Shown: positions 40,866 through 51,971, counted from the first letter of the stretch. The stretch: DNA of 64,000 nt from Pseudomonadota bacterium (GCA_043825875.1 JBDRRF010000051.1:1-64000), one strand, 5' to 3'. Program-made: numbers and translations. Notes: generated from the sequence alone by a model not told the origin.

Positions 40866-41954
40866 CTAATTTTTCGGCTCATAGCTGCAAAGGGGTTCTT
40901 GCGCCATAAAATCCCCTGTGGCCTCATAGGCTCTGGCCCGGCAGCCTCCGCAAACTCTTTTGTATTCACAGATACCGCATTTGCCTTTAAGTTTATCAAA
41001 ATTTCTCAAAGAAAGAAAGGTTTCAGATGATTTCCATATTTTTTCAAAGGAATCTTTTGTTACATCCCCACAATCAATATTTAGAAATCCACATGGCTGA
41101 ACAACGCCTACATGTGAAATAAAACAAAAGCCGGTTCCACCAAGGCATCCTCTTGAAACCGCATCAAGGCCGAATGATTCAAAATTTACCGATTCACCGT
41201 CTTTTTTCGCCCTTTGCCGTAGTATACGATAATAATGGGGAGCACAGGTTGCTTTTAGCTGTAAAGACGTTTTATTCCGCTGATCATAAAACCAGTTTAA
41301 TGTTTCTTCATAATCATCGGCTGAAATTTCATGTTTGATAATATATTTTCCTCTGCCTGTGGGAACAAGCAGAAATATATGATGTGCCACTGCACCAAGA
41401 TTTACAGCCAGCTCCTGGATTTGCTGTATATATTGTATGTTCAGTTTGGTAATTGTAGTATTAATCTGAAATTCAAGCCCTGCCTCTTTGGCAAAATCGA
41501 TACCGCGCATAGCTGCTTCAAAAGCACCTTCTACACCTCTGAAACTGTCATGGCTTTCTTTGGTCGGCCCATCCAAACTTATGCTTATTCTTTTTATTCC
41601 GGAATCTACCATTTTTTTTGCTATGGGTCCGGTTATAAGTGTACCATTTGGAGCCATCACCATTCTTAAACCCTTTTTTGTTCCATAGCTTGCTATATCG
41701 AAAATATCAGGCCGTAATAAAGGCTCTCCTCCTGTAAGAATAACTATAGGCTCTCCTGTGGCTGCTATTTGATCAACAAGTTTAAAGGATGCTCCGGTGT
41801 CAAGCTCACCTGTATAGGAAGTGTTTAATGCGGACGCACGGCAATGAATGCAGGCAAGATTGCAATTTCTTGTAATTTCCCAGGCAACAAGACGCAAGGA
41901 AGATGCATTGCTTTTTCCTTCTGAAGGTTTGTGGTGATTCGGTTTGTCATTCAT
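40866..41954 (-). CDS. ahbD: AdoMet-dependent heme b synthase AhbD
   Basis: [49 protein letters not shown]...CGGCRARA. Confidence 0.9.
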   Translation of the reverse strand: MNDKPNHHKPSEGKSNASSLRLVAWEITRNCNLACIHCRASALNTSYTGELDTGASFKLVDQIAATGEPIVILTGGEPLLRPDIFDIASYGTKKGLRMVMAPNGTLITGPIAKKMVDSGIKRISISLDGPTKESHDSFRGVEGAFEAAMRGIDFAKEAGLEFQINTTITKLNIQYIQQIQELAVNLGAVAHHIFLLVPTGRGKYIIKHEISADDYEETLNWFYDQRNKTSLQLKATCAPHYYRILRQRAKKDGESVNFESFGLDAVSRGCLGGTGFCFISHVGVVQPCGFLNIDCGDVTKDSFEKIWKSSETFLSLRNFDKLKGKCGICEYKRVCGGCRARAYEATGDFMAQEPLCSYEPKN

Positions 41955-42925
41955 AATCTCAGTTCATTCGCTGCTTCAATAGCAAAATAGGTGAGTATCA
42001 TGTCGGCACCTGCTCTTTTGATGGAGGTTAAAGTTTCCATCATGACTTTTTTCCCGTCTATCCATCCCATTTTCTCTGCTGCTTTTATCATCGAAAATTC
42101 ACCACTCACGTTATATGCAGCTACCGGAAGATCTATTTCTTGGCGTACCCGGTAAATAATATCAAGATAAGCCAAAGCCGGTTTTATCATAATTATATCG
42201 GCGCCCTCTTCTATATCCATTGTAACCTCGCGAATAGCTTCAAGCCCGTTTGCAGGATCCATCTGGTATGTTCTGCGATCTCCGAATTTCGGGGCTGAAT
42301 TCGCAGCACTTCTGAAAGGGCCGTAATATGCCGAGCAGTATTTTGCCGAATACGACATTATCGGGATATGGCTATAACTGTTTTCATCAAGAATATTGCG
42401 AATTTCAGCTACGCGTCCATCCATCATATCTGATGGTGCTACCATATCCGCACCTGCTTTTGCATGCGATAATGCGGTTTTGGCAAGAAGCTCAAGGGTT
42501 GCATCATTGTCTACCGTATTTCCGTTTACAATACCGCAATGGCCGTGATCCGTGTACTGACAAAGACATACATCGGTTATTACTCCAAGTTCGGGAAGCT
42601 TGTTTTTTATGGCTTTTACTGCCTTTTGCACAACCCCATCCTTTGAGTATGCACCGGTTCCAAGAAGGTCTTTTTTATCCGGTATCCCGAAAAGCATTAT
42701 TGCGGGAATACCAAGATCATAGGCTTCTTTACATGTTTGCACAAGATTATCGCTTGAAAGATGATAATGTCCCGGCATTGAAGCTATGGGATTTTTGACT
42801 CCTTTTCCGCCTATGGCAAACAGAGGAAGAATAAAGTCGTTTACACTAAGCTCAGTTTCTCTTATTAATTTACGGAAAGCCTCTTTTTGTCTTAAGCGTC
42901 TCGGCCTGTAATCCGGAAACAGCAT
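41951..42925 (-). CDS. hemB: Porphobilinogen synthase
   Basis: [39 protein letters not shown]; start MLFPD after AGGAG. Confidence 0.96.
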   Translation of the reverse strand: MLFPDYRPRRLRQKEAFRKLIRETELSVNDFILPLFAIGGKGVKNPIASMPGHYHLSSDNLVQTCKEAYDLGIPAIMLFGIPDKKDLLGTGAYSKDGVVQKAVKAIKNKLPELGVITDVCLCQYTDHGHCGIVNGNTVDNDATLELLAKTALSHAKAGADMVAPSDMMDGRVAEIRNILDENSYSHIPIMSYSAKYCSAYYGPFRSAANSAPKFGDRRTYQMDPANGLEAIREVTMDIEEGADIIMIKPALAYLDIIYRVRQEIDLPVAAYNVSGEFSMIKAAEKMGWIDGKKVMMETLTSIKRAGADMILTYFAIEAANELRL

Positions 42926-42944
42926 ATGAATATACTCCTTTTGT

Positions 42945-44123
42945 TCAGGATATTTCCTGATCGGTAAGATAACATGCCGGGTCAGGCGCCCAGACATCAC
43001 CGGTTATTGCTTCGGCACGAACCCTGAAATTTCCGGCACAAATATCAAGCCACCTGCACTTGGCACATCGTCCTTTTACATGCTTTTTCTTTTCTTTAAG
43101 TTGTTTCAATAAAGGATCGGATAAATCTGTCCATATCTCGGAAAAGGGCCTTTCCTTTATATTTCCAAAGCTGTGGTGGCGCCAGAACTGATCTGCATGG
43201 ACATCGCCATTCCAGCTTATACATCCTATGCCTCTTCCTGAGTTATTGCCTTCATTCATTTCAAGAAGCTCAAGCACCTCCGCAGCTCTTTCCGGATTTT
43301 CTTTTAAAAGCCTTAGATAGATATAGGGGCCGTCAGAATGATTATCAACCGTAAGCACTTCTTTCTGCTTTCCTTTATCATGAAGCTTTTTGGTTAAATC
43401 AATGATTGTGTCAACTGCCTCTCTTGTCTGACTATGGCTAAGATCTTCTTCTACTAGTTTTGAGCCCCGGCCTGCATAAACAAGATGATAAAAGCATACA
43501 CGTGGGATTTCCATATCTTCAAGCAGGTTGAAAATTTTTGGTATTTCAAAAAAATTGTATTTGTTGACTGTAAACCGCAACCCTACTTTGATCCCGGCAT
43601 TCATGCAGTTTCTTATGCCATTCATAGCCTGATTGAAAGCGCCTTTTACTCCTCTGAAGCGATCATTTATCTCTTCCATACCATCAAGACTTATTCCAAC
43701 ATATGAAAGGCCGACATCTTTTAATATTTTTGCTCTTTGTTCGGAGATAAGCGTTCCGTTTGTAGATATTACTGCTCTCATTCCCTTTTTAACGGCATAA
43801 CCGGCAAGTTCGGGAAGATCTTTTCGCATCAAAGGCTCACCACCTGAAAAGAGTATTACCGGAGTTCCGAATTGAGAAAGATCATCAATAAGTTTTATCC
43901 CGTCTGCGGTAGAAAGTTCATCATCAACAGGGGTGCTTTTCGCATGTGCATAGCAGTGTATGCATTTTAAATTGCACTGTCTTGTAACATTCCAGACTAC
44001 AACAGGTTTCTTATCCGATGAAAACTGTAAAAGATGGGATGGAAGCTGTGAAGAAGAACGGTTGTAGCGAAGAGTATCTGAGGGCTCTACTGTGCCACAA
44101 TATAATTTGGATATTCCGATCAT
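42945..44123 (-). CDS. ahbC: 12,18-didecarboxysiroheme deacetylase AhbC
   Basis: [54 protein letters not shown]. Confidence 0.92.
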   Translation of the reverse strand: MIGISKLYCGTVEPSDTLRYNRSSSQLPSHLLQFSSDKKPVVVWNVTRQCNLKCIHCYAHAKSTPVDDELSTADGIKLIDDLSQFGTPVILFSGGEPLMRKDLPELAGYAVKKGMRAVISTNGTLISEQRAKILKDVGLSYVGISLDGMEEINDRFRGVKGAFNQAMNGIRNCMNAGIKVGLRFTVNKYNFFEIPKIFNLLEDMEIPRVCFYHLVYAGRGSKLVEEDLSHSQTREAVDTIIDLTKKLHDKGKQKEVLTVDNHSDGPYIYLRLLKENPERAAEVLELLEMNEGNNSGRGIGCISWNGDVHADQFWRHHSFGNIKERPFSEIWTDLSDPLLKQLKEKKKHVKGRCAKCRWLDICAGNFRVRAEAITGDVWAPDPACYLTDQEIS

Positions 44124-44131
44124 TTGATGAG

Positions 44132-45910
44132 TTAAGACCCTTTCTGCTGTTTTTCGATTCCACCCAGGCCATTTGTTAAAATATCGCTGATGTATGCATC
44201 AGGGTCAATAAGGGCTTGACGGGTTATAAAGAAACGATTTTTCCCTGTTTTTTCTCTGATCAGCTTTAAACCGTACTCAAGTTTCATGCTCATCCGGTTA
44301 TAAAAATCTTCGGGATTAACGGAAGATTTGACAACCTGTTCCAAGGCAAAATCAATTGCATCATCTTCAATTACGATGTTTATATCATGATTTTTGAAAA
44401 ATTTTAATTCGAAATTTTTTATTTCATCACACAAAGTTTTTATCTTCTGGATAATAACGCCAACATCCATAATATGTCCGGAATAATAATCGGATATAAG
44501 ATCTATGCGTGATTGCGTCAGCGTAAGATTATATCTTTGCGAAAGAGAATTTTTATTTGCTATCAGATAATTTCTTATCAGTTCTTTTTCATGTGCAACA
44601 AGACTTTCAAAATCATCCGAGTATTGTTTATAGTTCTTTTTATCATGGGCCGATACCATGCTTTCAAGAAAGGCTTTGGGATCTTCAACTGCTGCTGCGG
44701 TAACAGGAAATTTTTCGATTGTTGTTGAGGGAAGATGCCTCTCGAAAACAATAAGCGCTCTTTCTATAGCGCTTACCAGTCCTCTTGCTCCGATATTTTC
44801 GTTGAAAGCACGTTGTGCAATAATTTGCAGGGCTTTTTCTTCAAATTTGATGTCAATTCCATATGCGGCAAAATCAAGTTTTTTCCCAAGAATAACAGGA
44901 TTGTTTGGATTGTTTAATATCTCAAAAAGATCGTTCTCGTTTAAATCTTCCAATACGGCTCTGACAGGCAAACGGCCTACAAACTCGGATTCAAAACCGA
45001 ATTCAACAAGATCTTCAGACTTTACGTGCGTTAACACATCGGCATAATTTTTTGCTTTTGGAGTACTTCCGCCAAAACCTATACTATTGTTGGCAACACG
45101 TTTTTGAATAATTTTTTCAAGTTCGGCAAAAGCCCCACTTACTATAAAAAGAATGTTCTTGGTATTTACGATCCGCCTGTTTTTTTTGCCTGTTTTGCGA
45201 AATCGTTCGATTTCCTGCATCATTGAGATCGGATCATGAGGTACCTTAAGATCCACTTCCGTCTCTTCAAGCGGTTTCAATAAAGCTCGCTGAACCCCGG
45301 TTCGTGAAACATCAGCTCCGATTAAACTTTGGCTTGATGCGATTTTATCTATTTCATCTATATATATAATTCCGTACTGGGCAAGTTCAATATTATCATC
45401 GGCTTCCCTTACAAGATCTCTTACAAGGTCTTCCACATCTCCGCCCACATACCCGGTTTCACTAAATTTTGTGGCATCCCCCTTTACAAAAGGAACTCCT
45501 ATCTTTTTTGCTATCAATTTAATCATGTAGGTCTTGCCGACACCGGTGGGACCAAGCATCAGAATATTATTTTTAATGCCGCAAAACATGTCATCTGCAA
45601 GATCTGGATATAAACTGAATGTTTTAATCCTGTTGTAATGCGTGCATATTTTTGTTGCAAGGATAGCCTTTGCATCATCCTGCTTAATTATATACTGATC
45701 GAGATAAGAGATAAGACCTTCCGGTTTTAAATCAAAATTTAATTTCTTGTCATTATCATTGGAGCATCCTATATGTTCGGTCTCATCCTCTTGGGTCATA
45801 GGCGCAGCAGAGGCAATCCGGACTGTTCCGCCAAATTTTTTTGAAAGGAAACTACCGATCTCTTTTTCGATTTCTTCAAATTTTGGAATTTTTTCATTTT
45901 TTGTTTTCAT
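44132..45910 (-). CDS. ClpX-like AAA+ ATPase, no zinc-binding domain, with C-terminal extension
   Basis: GPTGVGKT, GYVG pore loop, IDEIDK, SIGF loop, EFVGRLP, GARGL. Confidence 0.85.
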   Translation of the reverse strand: MKTKNEKIPKFEEIEKEIGSFLSKKFGGTVRIASAAPMTQEDETEHIGCSNDNDKKLNFDLKPEGLISYLDQYIIKQDDAKAILATKICTHYNRIKTFSLYPDLADDMFCGIKNNILMLGPTGVGKTYMIKLIAKKIGVPFVKGDATKFSETGYVGGDVEDLVRDLVREADDNIELAQYGIIYIDEIDKIASSQSLIGADVSRTGVQRALLKPLEETEVDLKVPHDPISMMQEIERFRKTGKKNRRIVNTKNILFIVSGAFAELEKIIQKRVANNSIGFGGSTPKAKNYADVLTHVKSEDLVEFGFESEFVGRLPVRAVLEDLNENDLFEILNNPNNPVILGKKLDFAAYGIDIKFEEKALQIIAQRAFNENIGARGLVSAIERALIVFERHLPSTTIEKFPVTAAAVEDPKAFLESMVSAHDKKNYKQYSDDFESLVAHEKELIRNYLIANKNSLSQRYNLTLTQSRIDLISDYYSGHIMDVGVIIQKIKTLCDEIKNFELKFFKNHDINIVIEDDAIDFALEQVVKSSVNPEDFYNRMSMKLEYGLKLIREKTGKNRFFITRQALIDPDAYISDILTNGLGGIEKQQKGS

Positions 45911-46018
45911 ATTATCGATTATAATCACATGTAAATAAAAAGCAAGCATCAGAGATTATGGACTCATATAAGTCAATTATATATATTATAATTCTAAAGG
46001 CCAATAAAGTTAATTTAA

Positions 46019-47743
46019 ATGTTTATTCCAACAACTAAAGAAGAAGTAAAAAAACTGGGTTGGGACTCACTGGACGTTATCCTTGTTACGGGAGACAGCT
46101 ATATAGACAGCCCCTTTGTAGGAGTATCTATAATAGGGAAAATGCTGATTAAAAAAGGATTCCGGGTTGGAATCATTGCTCAGCCAGATATCAATTCTGT
46201 AAATGATATAATCCGTTTAGGCGAACCGGAGCTTTTCTGGGGTATATCAGGCGGATGCATAGATTCCATGGTTGCAAATTATACCGCCTCAAAAAAGAGA
46301 AGAAAAAAAGATGATTATACTGCCGGAGGGCAAAATACACGTCGCCCGGATCGAGCTGTTATTGTCTATTCAAACCTTATAAGAAAATATTTCAAAAATA
46401 CAAAACCTCTTGTTCTGGGAGGAATAGAAGCAAGCCTAAGACGGATACCACACTATGATTTCTGGTCAAACCGTTTACGAAAATCCATAATATTTGATGC
46501 TAAAGCGGATTATATTATCTACGGTATGGGCGAAAAAACTACGATTGAGATGGCAGAAAAGCTAAGAGATGGCAAAGATACTAAAGATATCCCCGGTATC
46601 TGCTATATATCGGGCAAGCCCCGCGAAGATTATATCAAGCTTTGTTCATTTAATGATTTACTTGCCGACAAAAATGCATTTATTGATATGTTTAATGTTT
46701 TTTACATAAACAATGATCCATTAAAAGCAAAGGGCATGTATCTAAAGCATGACACAAGGTATCTTGTTCATAATCCACCAGCGCCAAGTATTTTATCAGA
46801 AGAACTTGACGCTATTTATGATATGGATTTTGAAAGAGACTTACATCCGTATTATAAAAAGAACGGGCCGGTAAGAGCACTTGATACAATCAAATTTTCA
46901 ATTCCAACCCACCGGGGCTGTTACGGTGAGTGTAATTTCTGCGCAATTACAGTTCATGAAGGAACAACGGTAAGCTGGAGAAGTGAAAAATCAATTATCA
47001 GGGAAGCAAAACAAATTGCAGCACTTCCTGATTTTAAGGGATATATTCTTGATGTCGGAGGCCCTACGGCAAATATGTACGGATTTGAATGCGAAAAAAA
47101 GCTTTCCAGAGGAAGATGTTTAAACAAACGATGCATGTATCCAAACATTTGTTCCACGTTAAAGCCGGATCATGAAAAGCAAATAAAATTGCTTCAAAGT
47201 TTAAGAAAATTAAATGGGATCAAAAAAATATTTATTTCATCAGGTATAAGATATGATCTTTTGCTTGATGACAAAATAAATGGCGAAAAGTATTTAAAAG
47301 AAATAATACTGCATCACATATCAGGCCAGCTTAAAATTGCGCCGGAACATACTGAAGAAATGATTCTTAATCTGATGGGAAAGCAAGAAACAAAATCACT
47401 TCTTGAATTTGTTGACAAATTTTATAAGCATACAAAAGTTGCTGGAAAAGAGCAGTACCTTACTTACTATTTCATGGTATCCCATCCCGGCTGCAACAAA
47501 GACCATATAAAAAAGATGAAGTCGTTTATATCAAACAAGTTAAAGATCAATACCGAACAGGTCCAGATTTTCACTCCGACTCCGTCAACTTATTCAACTT
47601 TAATGTATTATAATGAAGTTAATCCTTTTAATAAAAAAAATATTTTTATAGAAAAAGATATATACGAAAAAGAAAAGCTAAAAAGAATTATTACGTCAAA
47701 AAGTACAGTGAAGCGTAAAAAGAACAAAGGCATAGAGGATTAA
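46019..47743 (+). CDS. YgiQ-family radical SAM protein
   Basis: VTGDSYIDSP, GGIEASLRR, GCYGECNFC, DVGGPTANMY, SGQLKIAPEH. Confidence 0.93.
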   Translation: MFIPTTKEEVKKLGWDSLDVILVTGDSYIDSPFVGVSIIGKMLIKKGFRVGIIAQPDINSVNDIIRLGEPELFWGISGGCIDSMVANYTASKKRRKKDDYTAGGQNTRRPDRAVIVYSNLIRKYFKNTKPLVLGGIEASLRRIPHYDFWSNRLRKSIIFDAKADYIIYGMGEKTTIEMAEKLRDGKDTKDIPGICYISGKPREDYIKLCSFNDLLADKNAFIDMFNVFYINNDPLKAKGMYLKHDTRYLVHNPPAPSILSEELDAIYDMDFERDLHPYYKKNGPVRALDTIKFSIPTHRGCYGECNFCAITVHEGTTVSWRSEKSIIREAKQIAALPDFKGYILDVGGPTANMYGFECEKKLSRGRCLNKRCMYPNICSTLKPDHEKQIKLLQSLRKLNGIKKIFISSGIRYDLLLDDKINGEKYLKEIILHHISGQLKIAPEHTEEMILNLMGKQETKSLLEFVDKFYKHTKVAGKEQYLTYYFMVSHPGCNKDHIKKMKSFISNKLKINTEQVQIFTPTPSTYSTLMYYNEVNPFNKKNIFIEKDIYEKEKLKRIITSKSTVKRKKNKGIED

Positions 47744-47885
47744 TAATTCTTGTATTGACCGTTAGTTGTTTTATTCATATAAAATCCGTTGCAAATATTA
47801 ATAATTATATTATTCCCCTTGTAAATATTGTGAGAAAGTTACTCACCTGTAGGGGAAGGCATCGGTTAGATTTTTTGTACCATAA

Positions 47886-47975
47886 GGGTCCAAGGATTCG
47901 AGGATTCCAGGGTTCGAGAATAATAATGAAAAGGTTTTCCCTTGACCCCTTGAAGCCTCGAATCCTTGAATCCTC
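47886..47975. repeat. Inverted array of 8-bp repeats forming a hairpin
   Basis: GGGTCCAA-GGATTCGA-GGATTCCA-GGGTTCGA ... CTTGACCC-CTTGAAGC-CTCGAATC-CTTGAATC. Confidence 0.75.
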
Positions 47976-48027
47976 AAGGGATCGGCTATAACTGATGGTA
48001 TTTAACTTTAATTTCAAGGAAAAAACC

Positions 48028-48273
48028 ATGGGAATACATTCACACAATTTTGTTGAAACATACACCGGGCTTGTGGGTTTTGGCATGGATAGAGAAACTG
48101 ATGAATACACAGTTCGGTATTATCTTCAAAAATTCTCTGATGATAAACTAATGGAGAAATTGATCGGCAGGCTTTCTGATGAAGAACTTTCAGAAATTTT
48201 TTTTATGATAACAAAAATTATGAAAAATCATTTAAGCGAACCTGAATACCATCAACTTTTTCTTAAAGATTAA
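48028..48273 (+). CDS. Small cytoplasmic hypothetical protein
   Basis: AAGGA RBS; MGIHSHNFVE...YLQKFSDD...HLSEPEYHQLFLKD. Confidence 0.75.
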   Translation: MGIHSHNFVETYTGLVGFGMDRETDEYTVRYYLQKFSDDKLMEKLIGRLSDEELSEIFFMITKIMKNHLSEPEYHQLFLKD

Positions 48274-48396
48274 TACCAAGTCGCGTTTAAATTCTAGATG
48301 CTTTGGCATCAAAGGTTCTGTCCTCGGCGTATTAAATATACGCCTGCGGGAAAACCTCCTTGCCGCCTTGCTATCTCTTTAAATGCAACTTGGTAT
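48273..48396. mobile_element. Long-hairpin MITE/REP-like element, family B (124 bp)
   Basis: Terminal inverted repeats ATACCAAGTCGCGTTTAAA / TTTAAATGCAACTTGGTAT; central GGCGTAT-TAAAT-ATACGCC. Confidence 0.75.
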
Positions 48397-48419
48397 GCGA
48401 ACATGCGAAAGGATAATTA

Positions 48420-49619
48420 ATGTTAACGGAAAAACAATTATTAAACTATGCAGATGTGCTTATATGGGGACTTAAGACTGCCAGGTCGGGCAAATATAAA
48501 AAAGGAGACATTGTTTTAATCAGATATAATGTGCCTGCATTAAGGCTTGCAGAAATCTTAAATGAAAAACTGCTTAAAATCGGAATTAATCCGGTTTTAA
48601 GAATGGGCACAACACCGGTTATGGAAAGAAACTTTTTTGATATTGCAGACAGCAAACAACTTATTTTCACAGCTCCGGGCGAAGAAGAACTTTATAAGAA
48701 AATTAATGGAAGTATTTTTCTTCATGCGCCTGAATCAATAACACATCTTCGCGGTGTAAATCCAAACAAAATCGGCAAGGCCACAGTTGCCAGAAAGCAT
48801 TTAAAAGATATACTTGACAAAAGAGAAGAAGAAGGCGCATTCGGCTGGACTTTGTGCATGCTTCCTACTGAAGAACTGGCAAAGCATGCCAAGCTGACTA
48901 TTAAAGAGTATACAAATGAAATTGCAGCCGCATGTTTTCTTAATAAAAAATCGCCTGTGGAGCAATGGCAGAAAGTATTTCAAGATGCAGTCCGGATAAA
49001 AAAATGGCTAAATAGCATGAAAGTAAAATCATTTCATATAGAATCGGAAAATACCGACCTTGAGATCACACCAGGCGACCAGAGAAAGTGGATAGGCATA
49101 TCAGGTCATAATATCCCAAGTTTTGAACTGTTTTTGTCTCCCGACTGGAGAAATACAAAAGGTGTATATTTTGCCAATCAGCCCTCATACCGAAGCGGTA
49201 ATTATGTAGAAAATGTAAGGCTTGAGTTTAAAAAAGGTGAGGCAGTAAAAATTGAGGCTAAAACAGGAGAAGAGTTTGTAAAAAACCAGCTTGCAATGGA
49301 TAAGGGAGCCAATAAGATAGGAGAATTCTCTTTAACAGACAAAAGATTTTCTAAAATAAACAAGTTTATGGCAAACACTCTTTTTGATGAAAACTATGGC
49401 GGAAGTTTTGGCAACTGCCATATTGCATTAGGCTCATCCTATTCGGATACATTTTCGGGAAATCCAAAAGACCTGACAAAAGACATCAAAAAGAAATTGG
49501 GATTCAATGATTCTGCCCTGCACTGGGATTTAGTCAATACCGAGAAAAAAAGAGTTACAGCAAATCTTGCTTCTGGGAAAACGGTTGCTATTTATGAAAA
49601 CGGAAAATTTATGGTTTGA
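48420..49619 (+). CDS. Aminopeptidase, M29 (AmpS/PepS) family
   Basis: NIPSFELF, IGEFSL, LFDEN, HIALG, NDSALHWD. Confidence 0.9.
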   Translation: MLTEKQLLNYADVLIWGLKTARSGKYKKGDIVLIRYNVPALRLAEILNEKLLKIGINPVLRMGTTPVMERNFFDIADSKQLIFTAPGEEELYKKINGSIFLHAPESITHLRGVNPNKIGKATVARKHLKDILDKREEEGAFGWTLCMLPTEELAKHAKLTIKEYTNEIAAACFLNKKSPVEQWQKVFQDAVRIKKWLNSMKVKSFHIESENTDLEITPGDQRKWIGISGHNIPSFELFLSPDWRNTKGVYFANQPSYRSGNYVENVRLEFKKGEAVKIEAKTGEEFVKNQLAMDKGANKIGEFSLTDKRFSKINKFMANTLFDENYGGSFGNCHIALGSSYSDTFSGNPKDLTKDIKKKLGFNDSALHWDLVNTEKKRVTANLASGKTVAIYENGKFMV

Positions 49620-49860
49620 TTAACGATAAAAAGAAGAAAAACAATATTTTTCGCTTTTCCGGCAAAGAAACTGTGTCTTAATCATAATCTTTGCCGGCAT
49701 GACAATTGGTGACCTTTTGGCCATCAGATCATGATTAAAGACTGCTTAAGAAGTATGTAAAGATTCACATAATGATAATATTGCACATACATCTATTGAT
49801 TTCTACCATATCTTTGGACAGGATACATCAGCTTAAATATCCAAAATAACCGGATAAAGT

Positions 49861-49888
49861 TTGACAATATATAGCTAAAATGTATATT
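49861..49888 (+). promoter_or_regulatory. Putative sigma70 promoter for mod-res
   Basis: TTGACA-N16-TATATT. Confidence 0.45.
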
Positions 49889-50056
49889 ATATAAACCTGT
49901 TTATTTTGGTTTTATTAAGATTTATGCACCAAAGTCTGGGAAATGTGGCACCGATCTATAATACTGTTACAACTACAAAGTAGTAGCTGTTGATGCACAA
50001 CCTGTGAGGCTGAAAACAAATAATAGCTGCCAAGTTGTAAGTGGAGAACAATCTGC

Positions 50057-51961
50057 ATGAAAAAACTGGACCCGAAAACCGATGGTGCATCGCCAGACAT
50101 TGTTGAGAAAAATATTGAGAAGATAAAAGAACTATTCCCCGAGGTTTTTATTGAGAAAAAGATTGACTTTAATGTCCTTCGCGAAATCCTGGGTGATTAT
50201 ATTGATGACAGGCCTGAAAGATATAGCTTCACCTGGAACGGCAAAAGCCGCGCCCGTCGTATCTCCCAAATGTCTTCAACCGCTACTCTGCGCCCATGTC
50301 CTGAAGAATCCGTTAATTGGGATTCCACGCAAAATCTTTTCATTGAAGGCGATAACCTCGAAGTATTAAAGCTTCTTCAGAAGTCTTACCACAAGAAAGT
50401 AAAGATGATTTATATCGACCCGCCTTACAACACGGGAAAGGAGTTCATCTATCCGGACAAATTCAAGGATAATATAGATACTTATTTGCGCTATACAGGA
50501 CAGATTGATGAAGAGGGTCTTAAGTTATCAGCAAATTCTGAGACATCAGGACGATACCATACAAACTGGCTAAACATGATGCTTCCGCGTCTTAAACTGG
50601 CACGCAATTTGTTACGTGACGATGGAATCATATTTGTTTCGATAGATGACGGCGAGATCGCCAATCTCCGAAAATTATGTGATGAAATTTTTGGCGAGGA
50701 AAACTTCATTGCGAATATTATTTGGCATAAGAAATATACCCGCTCCAATGATGCTAAGTGGTTTTCTGACAACCATGATCACATCCTCTGCTACGCTCGT
50801 TCCAAGGAAGAGTTTTTTATTAGACCACTTACCAGAAGTAGCAAGCAGATAGCCGCTTACTCAAATCCGGACAATCATCCAAAAGGCCCCTGGAAAGCCA
50901 CACCACTTCATGCAAAGAGTGGGTCAAACACATCTACATATAGATTTAAAAATGGCTCCATATGGAAGCCTCCAGTTGGTACATATCGTAGATACACCGA
51001 CGAATCCATGTTAAGAATGGAAACAGGTGGTGAGATATGGTTCGGTGAAAACAATAAGCAAATACCTCAACGGAAAAGTTTTTTATCAGAAGTCAAAGAA
51101 GGGGTAACCCCAATTACTTTGTGGCCATATAGCGAAGTAGGTCACAATCATGAGGCAAACAACGAACTCAAAGATCTGGAAATGGGAGGGCTCTTTAATA
51201 ATCCTAAACCCACTCGCCTAATCAGACGAATGTGCGTTCTTTCTGATATGGATGATCGTGATGGAATAGTCCTGGATTTTTTTGCCGGATCGGCGACAAG
51301 TGCAAATGCTGTACTTTCTCAAAATGCAAATGACAGCGGTTGCCGCAGATTCATTATGGTACAACTACCAGAGCCCTGCGAAAATAAATCAGAAGCATAT
51401 ATAGCTGGCTATAAAACAATTGCAGATATTGGCAAAGAACGCATTCGGCGAGTAATCAAGAAAGTAGAAACCGAGCAATCAGAGAAACTCAAAAAGAACA
51501 AAGAAAAACTTCCGGGCATGGAAACGAATATACCGGATCTGGATCTTGGCTTCAAGGTCTTTAAACTGGACGCCAGCAACATCAAGCCATGGGACACGGA
51601 CTTCGATAATCTTGAAGATGCCCTTTTCAATGCTGTAGAAAATATCAAACCGGATCGAAGTGAAGCGGATGTGCTTTATGAACTACTTCTAAAATATGGT
51701 CTGGATTTGGCCGTGCCGATAAAAGAGAAAAAGATTGAGGGAAAGACTGTCTATATTATTGGGTCAGGGTCGCTAATAGTTTGTTTAGCCGATGGTATCA
51801 GTCTTGGGATCGCAGAGCACATTGCAGCGCTTAAGGATAAACTGAAACCGGAGGTGATGCGTGTGATCTTTAAGGATTCTGGATTTAAAGATGATGTAGT
51901 CAAGACCAATGCCCTCCAGACTCTGCGCAAGGCAGGCATTGATGATGTCAAGAGCTTGTAG
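50057..51961 (+). CDS. mod: Type III R-M methyltransferase (Mod)
   Basis: IEGDNLEVLK, IYIDPPY, PKP..L, LDFFAGS; directly upstream of res. Confidence 0.93.
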   Translation: MKKLDPKTDGASPDIVEKNIEKIKELFPEVFIEKKIDFNVLREILGDYIDDRPERYSFTWNGKSRARRISQMSSTATLRPCPEESVNWDSTQNLFIEGDNLEVLKLLQKSYHKKVKMIYIDPPYNTGKEFIYPDKFKDNIDTYLRYTGQIDEEGLKLSANSETSGRYHTNWLNMMLPRLKLARNLLRDDGIIFVSIDDGEIANLRKLCDEIFGEENFIANIIWHKKYTRSNDAKWFSDNHDHILCYARSKEEFFIRPLTRSSKQIAAYSNPDNHPKGPWKATPLHAKSGSNTSTYRFKNGSIWKPPVGTYRRYTDESMLRMETGGEIWFGENNKQIPQRKSFLSEVKEGVTPITLWPYSEVGHNHEANNELKDLEMGGLFNNPKPTRLIRRMCVLSDMDDRDGIVLDFFAGSATSANAVLSQNANDSGCRRFIMVQLPEPCENKSEAYIAGYKTIADIGKERIRRVIKKVETEQSEKLKKNKEKLPGMETNIPDLDLGFKVFKLDASNIKPWDTDFDNLEDALFNAVENIKPDRSEADVLYELLLKYGLDLAVPIKEKKIEGKTVYIIGSGSLIVCLADGISLGIAEHIAALKDKLKPEVMRVIFKDSGFKDDVVKTNALQTLRKAGIDDVKSL

Positions 51962-51971
51962 GAAAGCTGTC

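Noticed and set aside
47755..48110. ORFs 47755-47991 (+) and 47805-48110 (-)
   Set aside because: Their sequence derives from the octamer hairpin or is antisense to a real gene.
47886..48396. Possible CRISPR array or integron attC sites
   Set aside because: No repeat-spacer periodicity, no cas or intI gene, and no RYYYAAC/GTTRRRY core pair recognised.
50057..51961. Phase-variable mod (phasevarion)
   Set aside because: No simple-sequence repeat tract seen in or before the gene; the frame is intact.
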